Under the pieces are notes generated by a model. It was given only the letters and a program-made list of their open reading frames with translations, had not been told where the DNA came from and searched no databases. From Phoronis australis (Eukaryota; Animalia; Phoronida), in the NCBI GenBank assembly GCA_002633005.1, contig NMRA01000678.1, positions 127,613 through 191,612 on the forward strand: 64,000 nt of DNA. The letters are read 5' to 3'. Of the stretch, positions 35,282 to 49,831 are shown piece by piece; position 1 is the stretch's first letter, and every line of letters begins with the position of its first letter. Position numbers and translations under genes: made by a program.

Positions 35282-38200
35282 AATTCAGCAATTGGAATTT
35301 AAGGATAGATGTTTTTATTACAAAACTCTAACAAAACGTGGTCAGAATCACTCGTTTATTAGCGAACGTGCAAGGTTTTCTTGGACTAACATTTTTTTTT
35401 CTACTCTTTAGCAAAAAGAAAATTTTTAGCACACGGCCGAGCCGGGGAGGCATCAAGAAGACCGAACATCTACTCCAAAAATTTTGAGCCTACGAAACGG
35501 CACAACGGGGGAAAACATTGGGCGTGGCGGAAAATAACAGCAGCCAACCGGGGAACACAGGACAGGGGCAACATCATTCCGCGAAGTGTGGGTGAGGGAA
35601 AAAATACCGTTACGGACCCGAAAGCAGGCTTCTGAATAAAACCGAAAGAAAAAAATATTGTTTTCAAAATTGAAGTTAAAGTAAAATTCCTTGTGTTAAT
35701 GAAGCTATTTCGCAATCTTGATCACGTTTTTTGTCTTTTTCATTTCCTCCTCAAAGGTAGACAAAAGTCTGTCACTGTGAATTTTCCGAAATCTATTAAT
35801 ACAGCATTAACTTCATTAGTAACTGGCCAATTTGATGATTATATTCGAAATGCAGCATACTATGACCAACAGGTTCAAGTTGTATTTCTGTGACGTATCG
35901 AGTATTTCGTGAACCGCCTCCTCTAGTATACAGATGGTGTTTCCTACTCGGCTGATCATCGAGATTTGGAAAATTTCACTCCAGTTTAACTAAATAATGT
36001 GAACGCTCGATTCTTTCAGTTCAGGCGTATTATACCTTATTGTAAACAGCAAATTAGGCGTGTTTTTCTCTTTTGAAAGAACGCAAGCAAGAAGGTCACC
36101 TGGTGTTCAAAACATCACGTGACTTGTTGCAGGAATACGTTTCAATGTTATCTCAATATCTTATCAAGTGTTCTGTCAAAATATTCAACTAAGTCCGCTT
36201 AAAATATATGATCTGTTATTGCGTACCTGGTGAGATAAAGAGTTGCCCGATTTAACGTAAGCCACGAATAAACTATGGTGATGAAAAAATGTGGGAAGGG
36301 ATCCAAACCGCATCAACTTGCACATTTTTCGAATGAATATAACGTTAGATTCTGTGGCTTGACGCTACAGGAATAATTATTTTTTTATCGGACGTCTAAG
36401 CCCATCGACCACGTTATTAAAATAGCTGACGTTCAAGTTCTATGAACTTAGTTTTAAATCGCTATCCGTTTATCAAACTTTAATGAGAGTCCGCGGGCGG
36501 AACTAGGGCTTTTGAACGCTCGAAAATCCCTTTCTATCACAAGAAAGCTCACCTCATTTATCGAAAACAACATAACGAACCCCCCTTTTACAAATCTTAA
36601 TCCGCTAGTGGTGAGATTGCCAAGGTATCAACATTATATAATTTTAATCGTCTCAGCACATGTGTTGATTAGAGCGGAAACTACACGCATTGTTCAATTA
36701 TTTGTAGTCAAAATAAACAAAAGTTCAGATTCCGTACCAGCGCAAAAGTGCCAATGGGTTAAGGTAGTAAATATTGAGTCATTCGCTTTACGGCGTCGAT
36801 TTCTATTGATACAGTGGCCACAAAGGGTCCCATTTCTTCAAATACCTTTTTAAATACTTATGGCTATGATTCAGCATACGTTCAATTCCTTGTTGATCAT
36901 AGAAACGGATCACTTCACGGAAGTGATGCTTGAGTGTTCAGGGGCACATGGGTTGCTTTTTTATTTTAAAACATGCTTTGCGGATTTAGACTGACTGAAC
37001 TATCAAACACGTAAAAGTTTGCACTAAACCCAAGAATCATGTATCAACAGGTATAAGAATTTGTATGAGTTTAACAATAAGTCTTTTTCAGGCAACGAAA
37101 ACGGTTGTCACAGATGAGGAATTCAATACGAGTCAAAAGCTTTGATGTTTTCGCATTCAAACACGAATCGACTTCGTGGCACAAAAAATTACATAGTTCA
37201 TTTCCCGACAACCTGTTACGATTATCGAACACTTACATACAAGTTTCGAACGAAATATTTTACATGTATAAAAGTTACGCAGCTCTCCTTGAAAGATCGC
37301 AATTATAAAAAAGTTCACGTTATTACAAAGTCTGAACAATACATTCTTGTATGTGACAAGACCGCTAGCTGTGATCATCAACGACTTGAAAATGCGTTGA
37401 GTTTTTGCTGACTGTATGAGAACAATTTGAGGAATTGTGCCCCTACTTCACAAGGGGATTCAATTACTGCGAGCACTTTTCAACACTAAAACTAACGCTT
37501 AGTACGGTGAACGTTTCAGAGAATTATTGAATTAATAACTGAATATATAGACAAGTTAGTTTCCGCCACACCCATTCAGATATAACACAACAGGTCGCAC
37601 TCACACTCCGACATGTGACAAGTGACATTAACCCTAGGTATACCGGGGTCGAGAACGCGTTAATCCTATTTCAAGCCATATTCAGCTATAGACTGGATCA
37701 AGATCAGATAGAATTAAATCCGTTTACTGATGATTCGGTTCATGTCAGGGTCTGTATTCGGACTGGGCATTTCTTCATTCTTTCCACTATCCCCATATTA
37801 AATGTTTAACGGAATATGCAGAACAAATTGCATGTAGCGATATACCTTTTGAGTTCAGTAATAAGCTTAACGAAGCTCAGAAGCTGGCTGGAAAGAATCG
37901 TTAAATTTAACCTACTTAAAACATGATTTTGACGAAGTGGCTCCACACACATTGTTTGTGTCTCGTGCAAGCCTTGTGCGTCTTATTTTCGGTTATCAAC
38001 GAACACTCAGGACCACGCAAATAATACTGCTATGTCTCCAGAAGTAACATGATTTGGATCAAAGCTCCGAATACCAAGTATTTTCCAGAAATGTAGGCCT
38101 AATCACGTTGTATTAAGGTGTTCAGTTCGTCCTAAACTTCATTTTATATGGGTTTAGCCATTAAGCAATTATGTGCTCTCTGGTTTTATGTCAATGTTGT

Positions 38201-39705
38201 GAAAAAGAAAGAACTATTATTACTGCTAAATGTCACCGCCTATTATTATCAAGTTACTCTAGTCAACGCCTATATTGTCGGATTAGTGAGTAATAAAGTC
38301 AGAGAGATCCTTATTTTTTAAGTCTCGATATCACGAGGTCACCGGCCCCGTCGTCCAAAAGCGTCTCTTGTAAAAAAGTGCAGCCGGTAAACTACTGATT
38401 TAGTTAACGGTGAACAATATTGTACACAGCTTCGATGGTTTATATTCTCTTTATTACAAGAACGCGATTGCACAATTTTCACTATTTTAAAATAAAACGA
38501 CATTAATCTGTTAGCTTCACCATACGTTACTTACCTGATGTCGAGTCACTTTACACCTGCCCGTTGTCTTTGGGTTTACGATCTGGTTTGGGGCTTCGTC
38601 AAAAGCCGGGCCTCGACTGTCTGATAAGATAACCCAGGAACCCACACACTCACCCAGGGTATCAGCGTGGAGCCGTGTTGCGACCACCGTCTTGAAGACA
38701 ACACGTTTGGTATTCACGTGCTACCTACCATGTGTCGTCTGTGAGGACTGTGCTTTTGAATAGAGTTGCCTGCGGCCACCTCTTGAACTGCCTTTGTGTG
38801 TTGTTTAGACAGCTTTACACGTTTGTATTTATGCGCACTCGTTTGAGAACCGTAAATGTTACGTTAACGGAAAATCAAGACATTGATGAATTATTGAAAT
38901 GCATTTGCGTTTTTAAACTTTCAACAGCAAATTAGGGTTTGAGAACCGGAGGGGGAGGACGATGTCTTACGTAAGTGGCGTATACGGATCAACCTGCTTA
39001 GGAGACAAGAGGATTTTCCGGGTGTCTTCTACTTTAACAGGAGAAAGACACCTGGAAAATTTCCTACGAAATGATACCTGAGTGACGTTGATGGAGGAGT
39101 TTCTTACATTTATTGAAATTTGTGGTAGTAGTGGCTGTTGTGCAAAAGGTTCTTTAAGTCAATCTTATAAAAAATCATGACAAGTTTAAAAACCCTTCAA
39201 AAGAGTATGGGGGAAACTATAAGAAAGTTTGCTACGGTCATGATTTTTCACAGATGCTTCAAATGAATTAGATCCCCTTTAATCCTGTTGGATCCGCAAC
39301 TGTCAGCCGTTCTGAAATGCCTTTGGTAAAAAAGTAGTCGCCGAGATGCGTTGCGTTCGTTGCGGTTTTGTTCCGTCAAGTATTTGAACACAACAAAGTC
39401 AACATTGTATACAATGAATCTGTCATATGTTCGTGTTTGGAAGGTGTGTGCTGCGTATTCACTAAATGACAACTTGTTAAACAAAATACCAAAATCATAT
39501 TAATTTAAGCCCAGCAAAGTACTTTCAAATAGCTGTGTCTCGTGAACCAAACGTAATCGAGAAGATCAATGAAAATACTATAAGCTAATTTTTTGTTTAT
39601 GATATTCAAATTTTATAAAATGTTTCCGTCAGTGGCAGTCGTGTTCATTTAAGTAGATGAAAGGGCAAGGTGACAGTGCTGAGCCTGAATCGTCACACAA
39701 TAAAG

Positions 39706-39775
39706 CATGGGCGGCGTAGCACTGAAAAAAGTGGGGCTATAGCCCCCCCCAGCCCCCTATGGTGCGTCACCCATG
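39706..39775. mobile_element. 70-bp hAT-like mini-MITE
   Basis: Termini CATGGGCGGCG...CGTCACCCATG; near-perfect 5-bp TSD TAAAG/TACAG. Confidence 0.55.
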
Positions 39776-42700
39776 TACAGTAAATGATACATTTTAAAGA
39801 AGACCCGCGCATATCACTCGCATTATTCACTTTTCCTCTGTTTGATAGCTTTACGGTGGTGACTATTTTTTGCAATTTGAACACGCATGAAAAACTTCAG
39901 ATTCTTCATCGTTTTCGAAAACATATATTTTAAGAGTAACATACCTTGAGTTGTGTATTCAAAAATCTAAAGCGACATTAAAACGACGTACATGTATTTG
40001 TTCTAATCATGTTTTTCAGTCGCACAGAAACCATGTCTCTCCAAAATCGTGCGCCGCGCCAGAATAGTCATTTTTATAGACGAGTGCCAAGTTACGATTC
40101 TGTCATTGAACCATCGGCAGGCCTGTTTATGTACAGTGGCTACGACGAACGCATTTGGAGGTGCCTAATAAAGCGGTAAAAGAGAAAATAGGGGAAGTAT
40201 AAACACGCAACTTCGCGTCAGTGAGATCATTTTGACACTTAGCTTTGGCCAGTTCTTGGGTCCCCATATATCAGTGAAATTTCCATATCCCGGCATTGTT
40301 TTGAGCGATTCAGAAAAGGAACTGGTCAGGACTTTTCCCTTCAGAAGGGAGTGTCCAGGCCTTTAACCCGAAAATAAACCAAAAAGTTACACCTCTGGGA
40401 ATCAGTAGAGAACACACATTCTACACGCTAGTGTGCAAACCAATTTTGTGGTACCCGGGGTGATTTGGTTTGTGATAAATCCGGCGTGGGTACAGACCGC
40501 GTGATTCTCGACAGTGACCTGCCGTGAGTGATACGAAAAACTGCGACGACAACAAACCGGTTTTTTTAATTCTGAATAACGAGGGAGAAGTAGGCATTTG
40601 TCCACCGACTGGTACATGAGTAATCAAACTCGCGAAACTTTAATTGTATGGTTTTACGTTTCGCGGCGTTTACATGTCATACACAAGAGATAGTATGTAT
40701 ATAAATTACAAATTGCTGACCCTCTTCTCCAATAGAGTGAATTATATATCGCAATTTAGTCATGTTGAAGTTTTGTTATCACAATAAAGCCTCATTATAA
40801 ATGAATCATAAAGAACGCCGTTTGAGCTCACTGTTAATCTGTTGCGTTCACGTGAGTAAAAGCACGTCGAATAATTGACTGCACGTGACTATAATTACGT
40901 CACGAAAAATCGTAGTGTTCTGATGAAATCCAGTCGACAGGCACTCGAATTTTTCAGTCAGTTCACGTACAACAGCACATCAAATAAGTATTCCACACGC
41001 GACAAGAATTTCTCCAGTCTTATTTAATACAAAGAATTATATTTACACGACCTTTCCACGGCCCGACAGGTCTCGGTTCCCGTCACTTGTGATTTTCTCG
41101 TGATTTATTTGCTCATATTATAATGCATAATCCTTTTAAATCAACGGCGGGGTCATGCAAGTAAATTACTTTTCTTTTTTGAGAACAAACTGCCTGTTTA
41201 GATTATATGTTCTGTTTATTATTTACAAATAGATCCCGTATTGTTGCGAGTCTGTTGACTGGTTCACAAGTCTCGTATTTCTGTTTTGTCTTCATAACCC
41301 GTTTTATTGTCTCCAACAATATCTGAATGGAGTTAAAGGAGAATGCGAATGGAATTGGTGTTATGAAAGGTAATCAGTGGCGCACTTGAAAGAAAACATC
41401 AATGGTCTTGTGGTGAAAGTCGAGTCAGTGCAAAATTGTAAACGCTTGCGACATTTACGCTAGATTTGTTAACAATCAAATCAATGCACATTGGACCCTA
41501 AAATTTGGGTGCAGGCCCTTGCGTAAGATATCTGTAGTAAATCTACTATTCACACCACCGTACAAGACAATGGCCTACAAATTTCAAATCTGTTTAGATC
41601 AAAGTTGCCGGAAATTCAGTGATAATATTTTGCGCTACAGTGTGTACATCACGGCTTATATTGTAACTTTTATTGGTAGCAGTAACTGCATATACATGAA
41701 TGGCTACTTGTAAGTCTTGCAAGTATCGTGAAATGGTTTATCGCAGCAAAAACCTTTGTTGGATGTCTTCGCCCCCACCACTTCGCCGGAGGCATGGTTG
41801 AAAAAAGCCTACGACGGCATACCGTATTCAGAACTTCCGCGAACATTCGTCGTTTAGAAATTAATATGTGGTCGGAGACCCCCCTAGCCGATTGTGTGGC
41901 AGGGTCTCTCATGGAATTCGTTGAAAAACACGACGGCCTAGATCTGCTGGTGAACAGAGCATGGTTAAGTTGAAGTAGTATAATTCTTTTAGTAATTTTA
42001 CACAAAAGTAATTGCCAAAATAATACACTTTCTACTTTTCAAATGGTGAATTCTTTGCTGCAAATGATGGAAACTTTACACAAACTCGTTTTAAGGCACA
42101 TATTAACTACCAACAATGCTGGAAATAGACGATAATGTTATTAATCCCTTCTTTAGAGCGAAATCTGACACAGTAGAATTTCACTTGTCGGCCACCGTAT
42201 GACAAATCAGTGACCAATTGGACTTATTAATCATTCACAATATTTCTGTTACTGATATTTTTGAAAGAGAAAATAAAATTTGCAACGCACATCAGTTATC
42301 CTAGATACCTGGCAACAGACTGCAGTCATTTTGTGAATGATTAATAGAATAACTAGATTACTGCTATTATCAACGAATTAATCCCGAATGAACTCTTCAC
42401 TGTTTACAAGTGTACTGGCATCTTCTGTTCGGGGGGTGCAGCTCATGTTTAGAGGTTGGCGGATGTTTTCGTTCAAAGTTCGAAATACTTTCATGAGTCC
42501 GAGTTTTTATAGCTTGAAGTTCTACACGCTGTCTGTCATAATAAGTTGTTGAAGAAGACTTGTATCACATTTTTTGAAGATTAATACACTCCCCGTCGAT
42601 GCGAGCTTCACTGATTGGCAAAACTGTTCTTAACGAAGGTTTTCGTCCGACGGTTTTACCCTGGCTAGTATCACAGGGTTACCCTTATTATATTTCCCAA

Positions 42701-42811
42701 GTGCGGTTTTATTTGCTGATACTGTAAGTAACCATACTTAGCGACAATAGGCCCGTGTAGACGGTAAAATGTCACCAATTTCGGCAAAAATAATGACTAC
42801 AATATACATGT

Positions 42812-42965
42812 CAGTGGCGGATTTAGGGGGGCCAAAGGGGCTATGGCCCCCTTAAAATTCTCCTAGATTACATTTGGCAGTTCGGGGGTGCGAATGTTCG
42901 ACGGACAATCCTGGCTAATACTCTGCCCTGGCTCCCCCTAACTCGAAATCCTGGATCCGCCCCTG
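42812..42965 (-). mobile_element. hAT-like MITE (CAGGGGCGGATCC family)
   Basis: Same termini and body as 3585-3743; perfect 5-bp TSD CATGT. Confidence 0.85.
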
Positions 42966-45713
42966 CATGTATGATTTTTTCAAAGGCTTCTAACATAGTT
43001 ATGAATGCCCGAAATTTTTCAAACGATATTGTCTGTTGATAGCTACGATGCAAACTTCGAACATGTAAAAACTTTATTGCTATGCCTTTCGCAGGAAAAA
43101 TCAAAAAATAAAATTTCACTAGGGGTAAGTCCGCATATCGCGTCACAAATTAGTTAGTTTTTGCCGTACCCGTTGAATATAAGAGAATGTGCTGAGGCCT
43201 ACAACACGTTCACCTCGTGTTGAAGTAGCCATCCAACTGCCTACTGTGAGTACTACCCAAAGCTTCAAGCGACACTCGTCACACTAAAGACTCTTAACCT
43301 TTGACAACTTGAGGTCTAGTATTTAGTATTTAGTATTTTATATCTGTTTGACGTTCGTCTCGAACTGAACAGGTGACTGAGCACAATCTTTGGTGATAAC
43401 CTATATCGCTAATATCTTTCTGTTGACCCAGAATAGAGCTCGTCTCAAAAAAAATCTTCGCCATAAAGCAACAAAGCACAACGTGATGAAATAATCTAAA
43501 CCTATTGCAAGCTTATAAAAATTGTTACTATACGTAATCGATATCTTGAATAGCACTGAGAGAAAGTTGAATTATTGAATTTAAAAGTTTGCTTAATGCG
43601 AGAACTTTGATAACTGATGTGACGTAACTTCTGAAACATTTTTTTATCTCATAGTAGAAATTTAGATTGTTGCGTGACATCCGCCGGACATGGGTTAGCG
43701 ATGGCATCACATATTGAAACGCCTACGCCTTATCAACCGATATTATTTAAAGTCAAAACGTGCCTCGTGTCATACAGAGGACCAATTTCGATGAATGCTT
43801 CGTTTAGAAACCCAATCCAAGGTCAAATTTAAGACATTAGATTAAGAACCTCAACTGGCAAAACAGCGACCCCTTCTGCCTACTCAGCGAGCCCTGTGCA
43901 ATGTTCCACGATTTCTGAATTCCGGGTTTCTAAACAAGTTGATCCAACTCATAGTTGGTAATTCAAGAATGGCTTGATGACATCAGCGCTCAAGGAAATT
44001 ACGCATTTGATTTCGTACGTTTTTGGTCTGTAATGAAGTCATTAATGGAATAGAATTAGAGCCCGGACGACATGTGTGTGTACTGGGCAGGGAAGCAGCT
44101 TTGTGAAGCGGAGTCAACAAAGTATCCAACTTCTGAGGCCAGGGTGGATACTTTTAGTGTTCGAAGCTAACCAACTTAGATATTTTAATATTAAAATACC
44201 GGCAGGGATTAGGGGCAAAGCTTCGCTGTCAGAGGGCTCTTGGTGAAAAAATCGATGCTACTAGGAATGAAGCACTGAGTTCAAGGATCGGCGCCTCATG
44301 CGTGTCTGAAATAATTGTGACGGAGAAAGGCGTGAAAATTGGGGCGGTAGGGGGTCAGCTCAAATTACCAGGGCCCCAGGCTACTTCTACATTCGACGCT
44401 AATTGTATACTTTAACTCAGTGCAATAAAAATCCCACAGCAACAGAGAAATTCCTCCCTATGGGTGTGTGTTGTTTACTTGACGTCCCCCCCCCCCNATA
44501 ACTTTAAAGTCTGATCGCTTGCGTATTCCCCGATGTAGTGGCATATTACAATCCTGCTCTCACATTCTGCAGTTTAACAGTAAAACTAACTTGAGAAACG
44601 GTAAATACAAAACTTCGAATAAGGATACTGCGCACGTAAGTAGTTTATAGTTTTAGTAGGCTAGTGGAGGCGTGATTTCTAGAAGCACCGTACAGTGCGT
44701 GACTGCTGACTAAAATGCTACCCAGAGACAGATCGCGTAGCCCTAGTACCAATTCTTGACTTGTTAAATATTTCTATAAGATTTGAGATTACGATTTCCA
44801 ACTCGGTCGTTTTTGTTATGTCAAAGAGTAACAATTCAGGCTACATACTTCATTGTGACGCATGCGTATAGCACTGCAGAATATTTTCGTCTGCTGTCCT
44901 TAGATGTCAGATAAGGTGCAGACGTGCTTTATATCTCATACCTTCTAACCGAGATAAGGATTTTTATCAAACGTATCCGTAGGGCTCAACTATTTTTTTT
45001 TTTTTGAAACATGAACTCTGCGTTATTACTCAAATACGTTATCGTGTCAGTGCGTACGTACACACATGTTACAAAGATTCTAAACACCCTCTTGATAAAA
45101 TGTCTGTTAAATGAAAACCCCATTGATATTTTTATAAGAAATGTTAATGCCATACGTTTTAAGCACAATGATATAATAAGCTTGATGACCTTGGTAACGT
45201 CTTGAATAAAATCAAACCAACCTAAGAAGCCTCACAGTAAACATGCTATACAGTCCAAACACATTTGATTCATACCACTTACCATCATTGAAGTGGTCTC
45301 AACTTTTTTCAGGGATAATTCTGGGTTTGGGAAGAAGAAGCAGTTTGTACCTCGCCTTAATATGTCTGTCTCAAAAATATTCGAAAGTTCCTTTTAAAGA
45401 GGTACAGGGAATGCTTTCCTACGAAACTGCTTATTTTAAACAGAGTACCAAACAAAACAAGAACAAAAGAACATCCAATTGTCCCAATGATAATTATAAA
45501 TCTGAACAGCATTAGTTATTACACTTATACATTATTGAATTACAGACTAACATTAACAATAATATCGACATCAACAGGTCAATTCTACGGGTGGTCTCAG
45601 TAAATTTCAAGTGTACACAAGCACTCGCACTGTTTGGTATGATTGCACTCCAGCACTCATACGTGTACATTGTGTAAATTAATATACATCATGACAACTT
45701 CACTGCAGAGAAT

Positions 45714-45782
45714 GACACACACACACACACACACGCGCGCGTGCGCACACGCTCACGCTCACGCTCACGCACGCGCACACAT
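45714..45782. repeat. Compound (CA)n/(CG)n/(CACGCT)n microsatellite
   Basis: ACACAC...GCGCGCGTGCGCACACGCTCACGCTCACGCTCAC read directly. Confidence 0.9.
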
Positions 45783-48700
45783 ACGTATCGAATAGCAAAA
45801 TGCTTAATACTTCCGGTCTGTTTACATAATCCGATTCACAGTTTTATTACACACTATGGGAGCAATAATTGTGACAGTAAAAAAAACTTACAAGGTGATC
45901 ACTCTGATCCAAGTCAAACTAAGTCATCAACTGAACACTTAAGTTGTTTACAGTGGGCAAAAATGCAAACTTAATAACAAGTCCATTTTCTTCCATAAAT
46001 ATCAGTGCCAACTTGTTCCTTAGCAAAATTAGCATTGACTTCTAATACGTGACAATATTCGATCAATATGCCACGTCTCAGGATTCACCTCGCAGTTGGC
46101 TTACATTTGTTACCGCATTCAAAGACTGAAAGTGACAATAGTTGTTTTGCATGGAAAATACCCGTATTGAGCCCACACCAGATGGAGTCATTGTTTAGAA
46201 GTACCACCAGTTCAGGTAACTGCCTACGTGGCCATGAAAGAAAGGCCTGTTTTGTTTCACAATTACCGAGTCCTTTGAATCACCTACCGGTAAATAAACT
46301 TCAATACAGTGGCGCATTGCCTGACACAAAACTTGAACTTTATTCACGGGTTGGCGATTCAGAGGACTTGATTGTCCCGGCATTACACGAAACTCAAAAC
46401 AACCAATGCCAAGACGCAGTGAACGCTCTCAGAGTGACTACTAAAAGTGTGTTGACCAAAGTCACATCGTTAACAAAAGCTACGTGATAATAAAAATAAA
46501 ATACATTATACTTGACGATGAATTTATCAAGAAACAAAATTTAGATAAGTGGATTTAATGCGCCTGATGGATGGCGTTATCAAAGAATTCTTCACGACTC
46601 TTTAGCAGAACAGCCCTGCGATTGTAAAACAATAAAATGCCAAGATTTTAATCTCGACTAATGACAGCATGGCAAGATAATATATCGCATAATACTAAAC
46701 CCTCGTGAGAGACCGCCCCGAGATGGATGCTGGAGCAACTCGGGGCGGTCTGGGATCAAGCGGAAAAACCACAGGGTAAATCTGTGGTCGACGAATCTAT
46801 TCGGTCGATTACATTTTATTGCCCGTGAAGCCGCTAAGGGCTGCCTGAAGAAATATGACTCGCGCGTTTGTATTTTCGCCTTTTTCAATAACATGTAAAA
46901 GATTCATCAACAAATTCCTCGTAAAATTCTGAAAACAAGCGTTTTTCTCCCACGAAAATCGATGAAGTNATTCAAAATATTCAAAACCAGGAGAATTGTT
47001 CCACATTTGAGCTTAACCTGCAACAGCTGTAAACAGCTCTTAGTCTATCTAGCACAGAACAACGATCCAGATGTCTGACCAGTACTGAGAAAACGGTGGT
47101 GTGAAATAGCCGTATGATATCAACAATGTTCCCAAAATTTTCTCGGCCCATTTGTGGAGTTTGTGCAAAGGCTGATATTGATTTCTTCTATTCACAGCGG
47201 TGCTACAAATCTGAAGTATTCAGACAAAATGACGCGGATGCGTAATTCCCCGAAATGACAACTGTGCGGAAGCCGATTTCATCACTACAGCAGTCTTTAA
47301 AAACAAAATGTCTGAAAAGGTAGAAAACAAGACAAAAGTCCATTAAAAAGGCAAGGAATTCCGGCGGATGCACAATCCATGGCTCTGAACGTACCCCGTT
47401 TATTCTTTTTTAATAAATGGTCCACATTTTCAAAAATTCGAGCCACTTAATTTTTACGCTGGATGCGCGCATGTGTTGCAGCCCTTATGATTACAACCAG
47501 TCATTTTTGCAGTTGACAGAATTAGCCGTCATGGCGGAAAAGTTTGTCAATCTCTGATTACCTTCACGAAAAGAACCCTACGCTGACATACACACCGGTC
47601 GAGCTCGCATGGCAACTCGACCAGTTTGCGTACCTTGAGATCTGCAGCATTAATCAAAGACACCCGCCGTGCTGTTGTAGTTAATTACATCGCCTGAGAC
47701 TGCTGTTATCGTTCTCCAGACGATCAGACCCATCATAAACACACTGGGGGGATAAGGAGATTTTATAAATTTTCGATTCGAAAGTAATTAGCATATTTGA
47801 ATAGTTCGAGTAACACGTGATCAGGTCTTCGAAGTTTGAAAAAAGGACAAAAATTTGACTTTTGCAACCTTACTTTAGAACAACGTTGTCATGATATAAT
47901 TGATTCTGCTGGGTCTGTAGCGTAATTGGACCAATTACCAAACCAGCAGGCACCAGATGGATTTGAGGTAAGGCGTCATCGCGGTTCCGAATTCTTGGCA
48001 TGTTTGTCTTATATTTCACGTTTTAGCGGCTTTTGATGCATACCCTGAGTGAGATAGGGACCTTACACGCAACGACCCCAATTTAAGAACTTCCTCTCTA
48101 ATTATTTTCAATAAGATCAGAGCCCATAGAAAATGTCATAACTAAAAGAGATCACAATAAAGAAAAAGTAATGGAAAAATATAACAAAATGTCACATTAA
48201 AATTTTGACTTTGAGACCTACTGAAATGGCATTTTACTGCTACAAATGTTCAAATAAACTATCAAATAACTATGGCAAAAAGTCGGTTCACTTGGGCTGA
48301 GCCTGACAAAGTTCTGTGGGAACCTGTCCACTACATTTTGAAAACTACTGCATAATTGAAGACACACCTTGACATTGTCCGTAACCAGAAGGTCACTCTT
48401 GTCGGTGTGCATGTACTAGCCTAGTATAGTCAGCCAGAGGGCGGTGAAGGCAATGATAACAGGGGAGACAAGTGTTGCAGGAGTACCTGAAAACGAGACA
48501 AGCTCTGAAATTCTCCAAGCCATTTGTTTTTAAGGTGGAAGTTCAACAGTTTACAACTCAAAAAGCATTAAAGATAGTAATTTGAAATTTGGTCCAGGAA
48601 TAAATCTAATGGAGGGTGGACTGAATGCAAAGTTTCATTGTCATGCATAGAAGGTGTACAAATTATTAATATGTCTACAAACTGAGAAGTGACTCTTTGC

Positions 48701-48796
48701 GCACCTTCTGCAGATAGTGCTATAGGCCTATGCACCACGCAGGCACAAGCAATGAGGTTTTAGCTTGAATATTGTCTGGGAATTGTAGTAAGATAT

Positions 48797-49049
48797 TACG
48801 GTAATTTTCCACTTATTTCGTTTAAAAATAATTGTCAAACTTATAACGCTACCATTGCATTTTTCAAAGTCCGGTCACCTTCATTGCTGTAAATGAGAGC
48901 TTTACATTCATTCTTTTATGACGTGTACACAGCGCAAACAAAGCCAGTAATAAACTGTAATTCTTTTATCCATGCTTTTGCGAAAATTTTTGACAAAAAT
49001 AAAATTTCTTTTGTACTCCGTATTGTGTGCTAGGAGAAGAATTACCGTA
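48797..49049. mobile_element. Tc1/pogo-like MITE remnant
   Basis: TA-CGGTAATT...AATTACCG-TA termini; the left end TACGGTAATTTT(T/C)CACTTATTTCG recurs at 12168. Confidence 0.5.
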
Positions 49050-49831
49050 GTCAGCATTTTTAAAAGTAACGTATAATGCAACAACGCTTCAAATTGGGCT
49101 AATTTTCCGTAACGCAATATTATTCACAAAAGACAAACCACTTCGAAAAGTATTACCGTTAGAGTCTAGTCACAAGCCAGTCAAATTTCAATAACCGGTA
49201 TGTCACTGAGGATGGCGGTAACCGGCCGTTGACATGCACAAGCTTACACCGACATTCCCACAATTCCGCGCTCATTTAATTTGCTAGTGTACATGTATGT
49301 TCTGCTTTTGCGACTTCTGGTAGAAAAACCCAAATCTGCGAAACAAGACGTGTTTTTCTAATAAAACAAAACAAGACAGGCAATTAGCAAACTAAAGTAC
49401 TAGAATTAACATTTTTCGATGTAGAAGTGAATGTTAACATACCAAAAAGAATAACAGAAAATACCAGGTTTTTGTGTTATGCGGAGCAATACACGCAGTC
49501 AGTCCGCAAAACAAAGCAGTGTCCCGTATGATGTTCTACACTTGCTGTGCTTTCTGGAAACTATTCACAATGACATTTATTTTGCAACAACTGTTTTACT
49601 GAGAAATACCCTGGCTGATACATAACATGAGACCTTCTGCAGGTCTTTGGCCTTTCCCGTTCTTGCCTTCGCGTTCTGACAACATTCTCCCACTGATGTC
49701 TCGCACGCTTTTTCACCTTTTAGACTGTTTATCAGGACTTGGAATGACCGATGACAAAAAAATTCACCAAGTGATGTATCGTTCCACAAATAAATAAGCT
49801 TGTGTGATAGAAATAGTTTTGTGCTCTAAAA

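Larger units (their letters stand above)
34417..36064 (+). repeat. ~1.65-kb dispersed duplicated block, copy 2 (matches 124-1798)
   Basis: Direct match to copy 1; homology ends at AAATTAGGCGTGTT. Confidence 0.95.
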
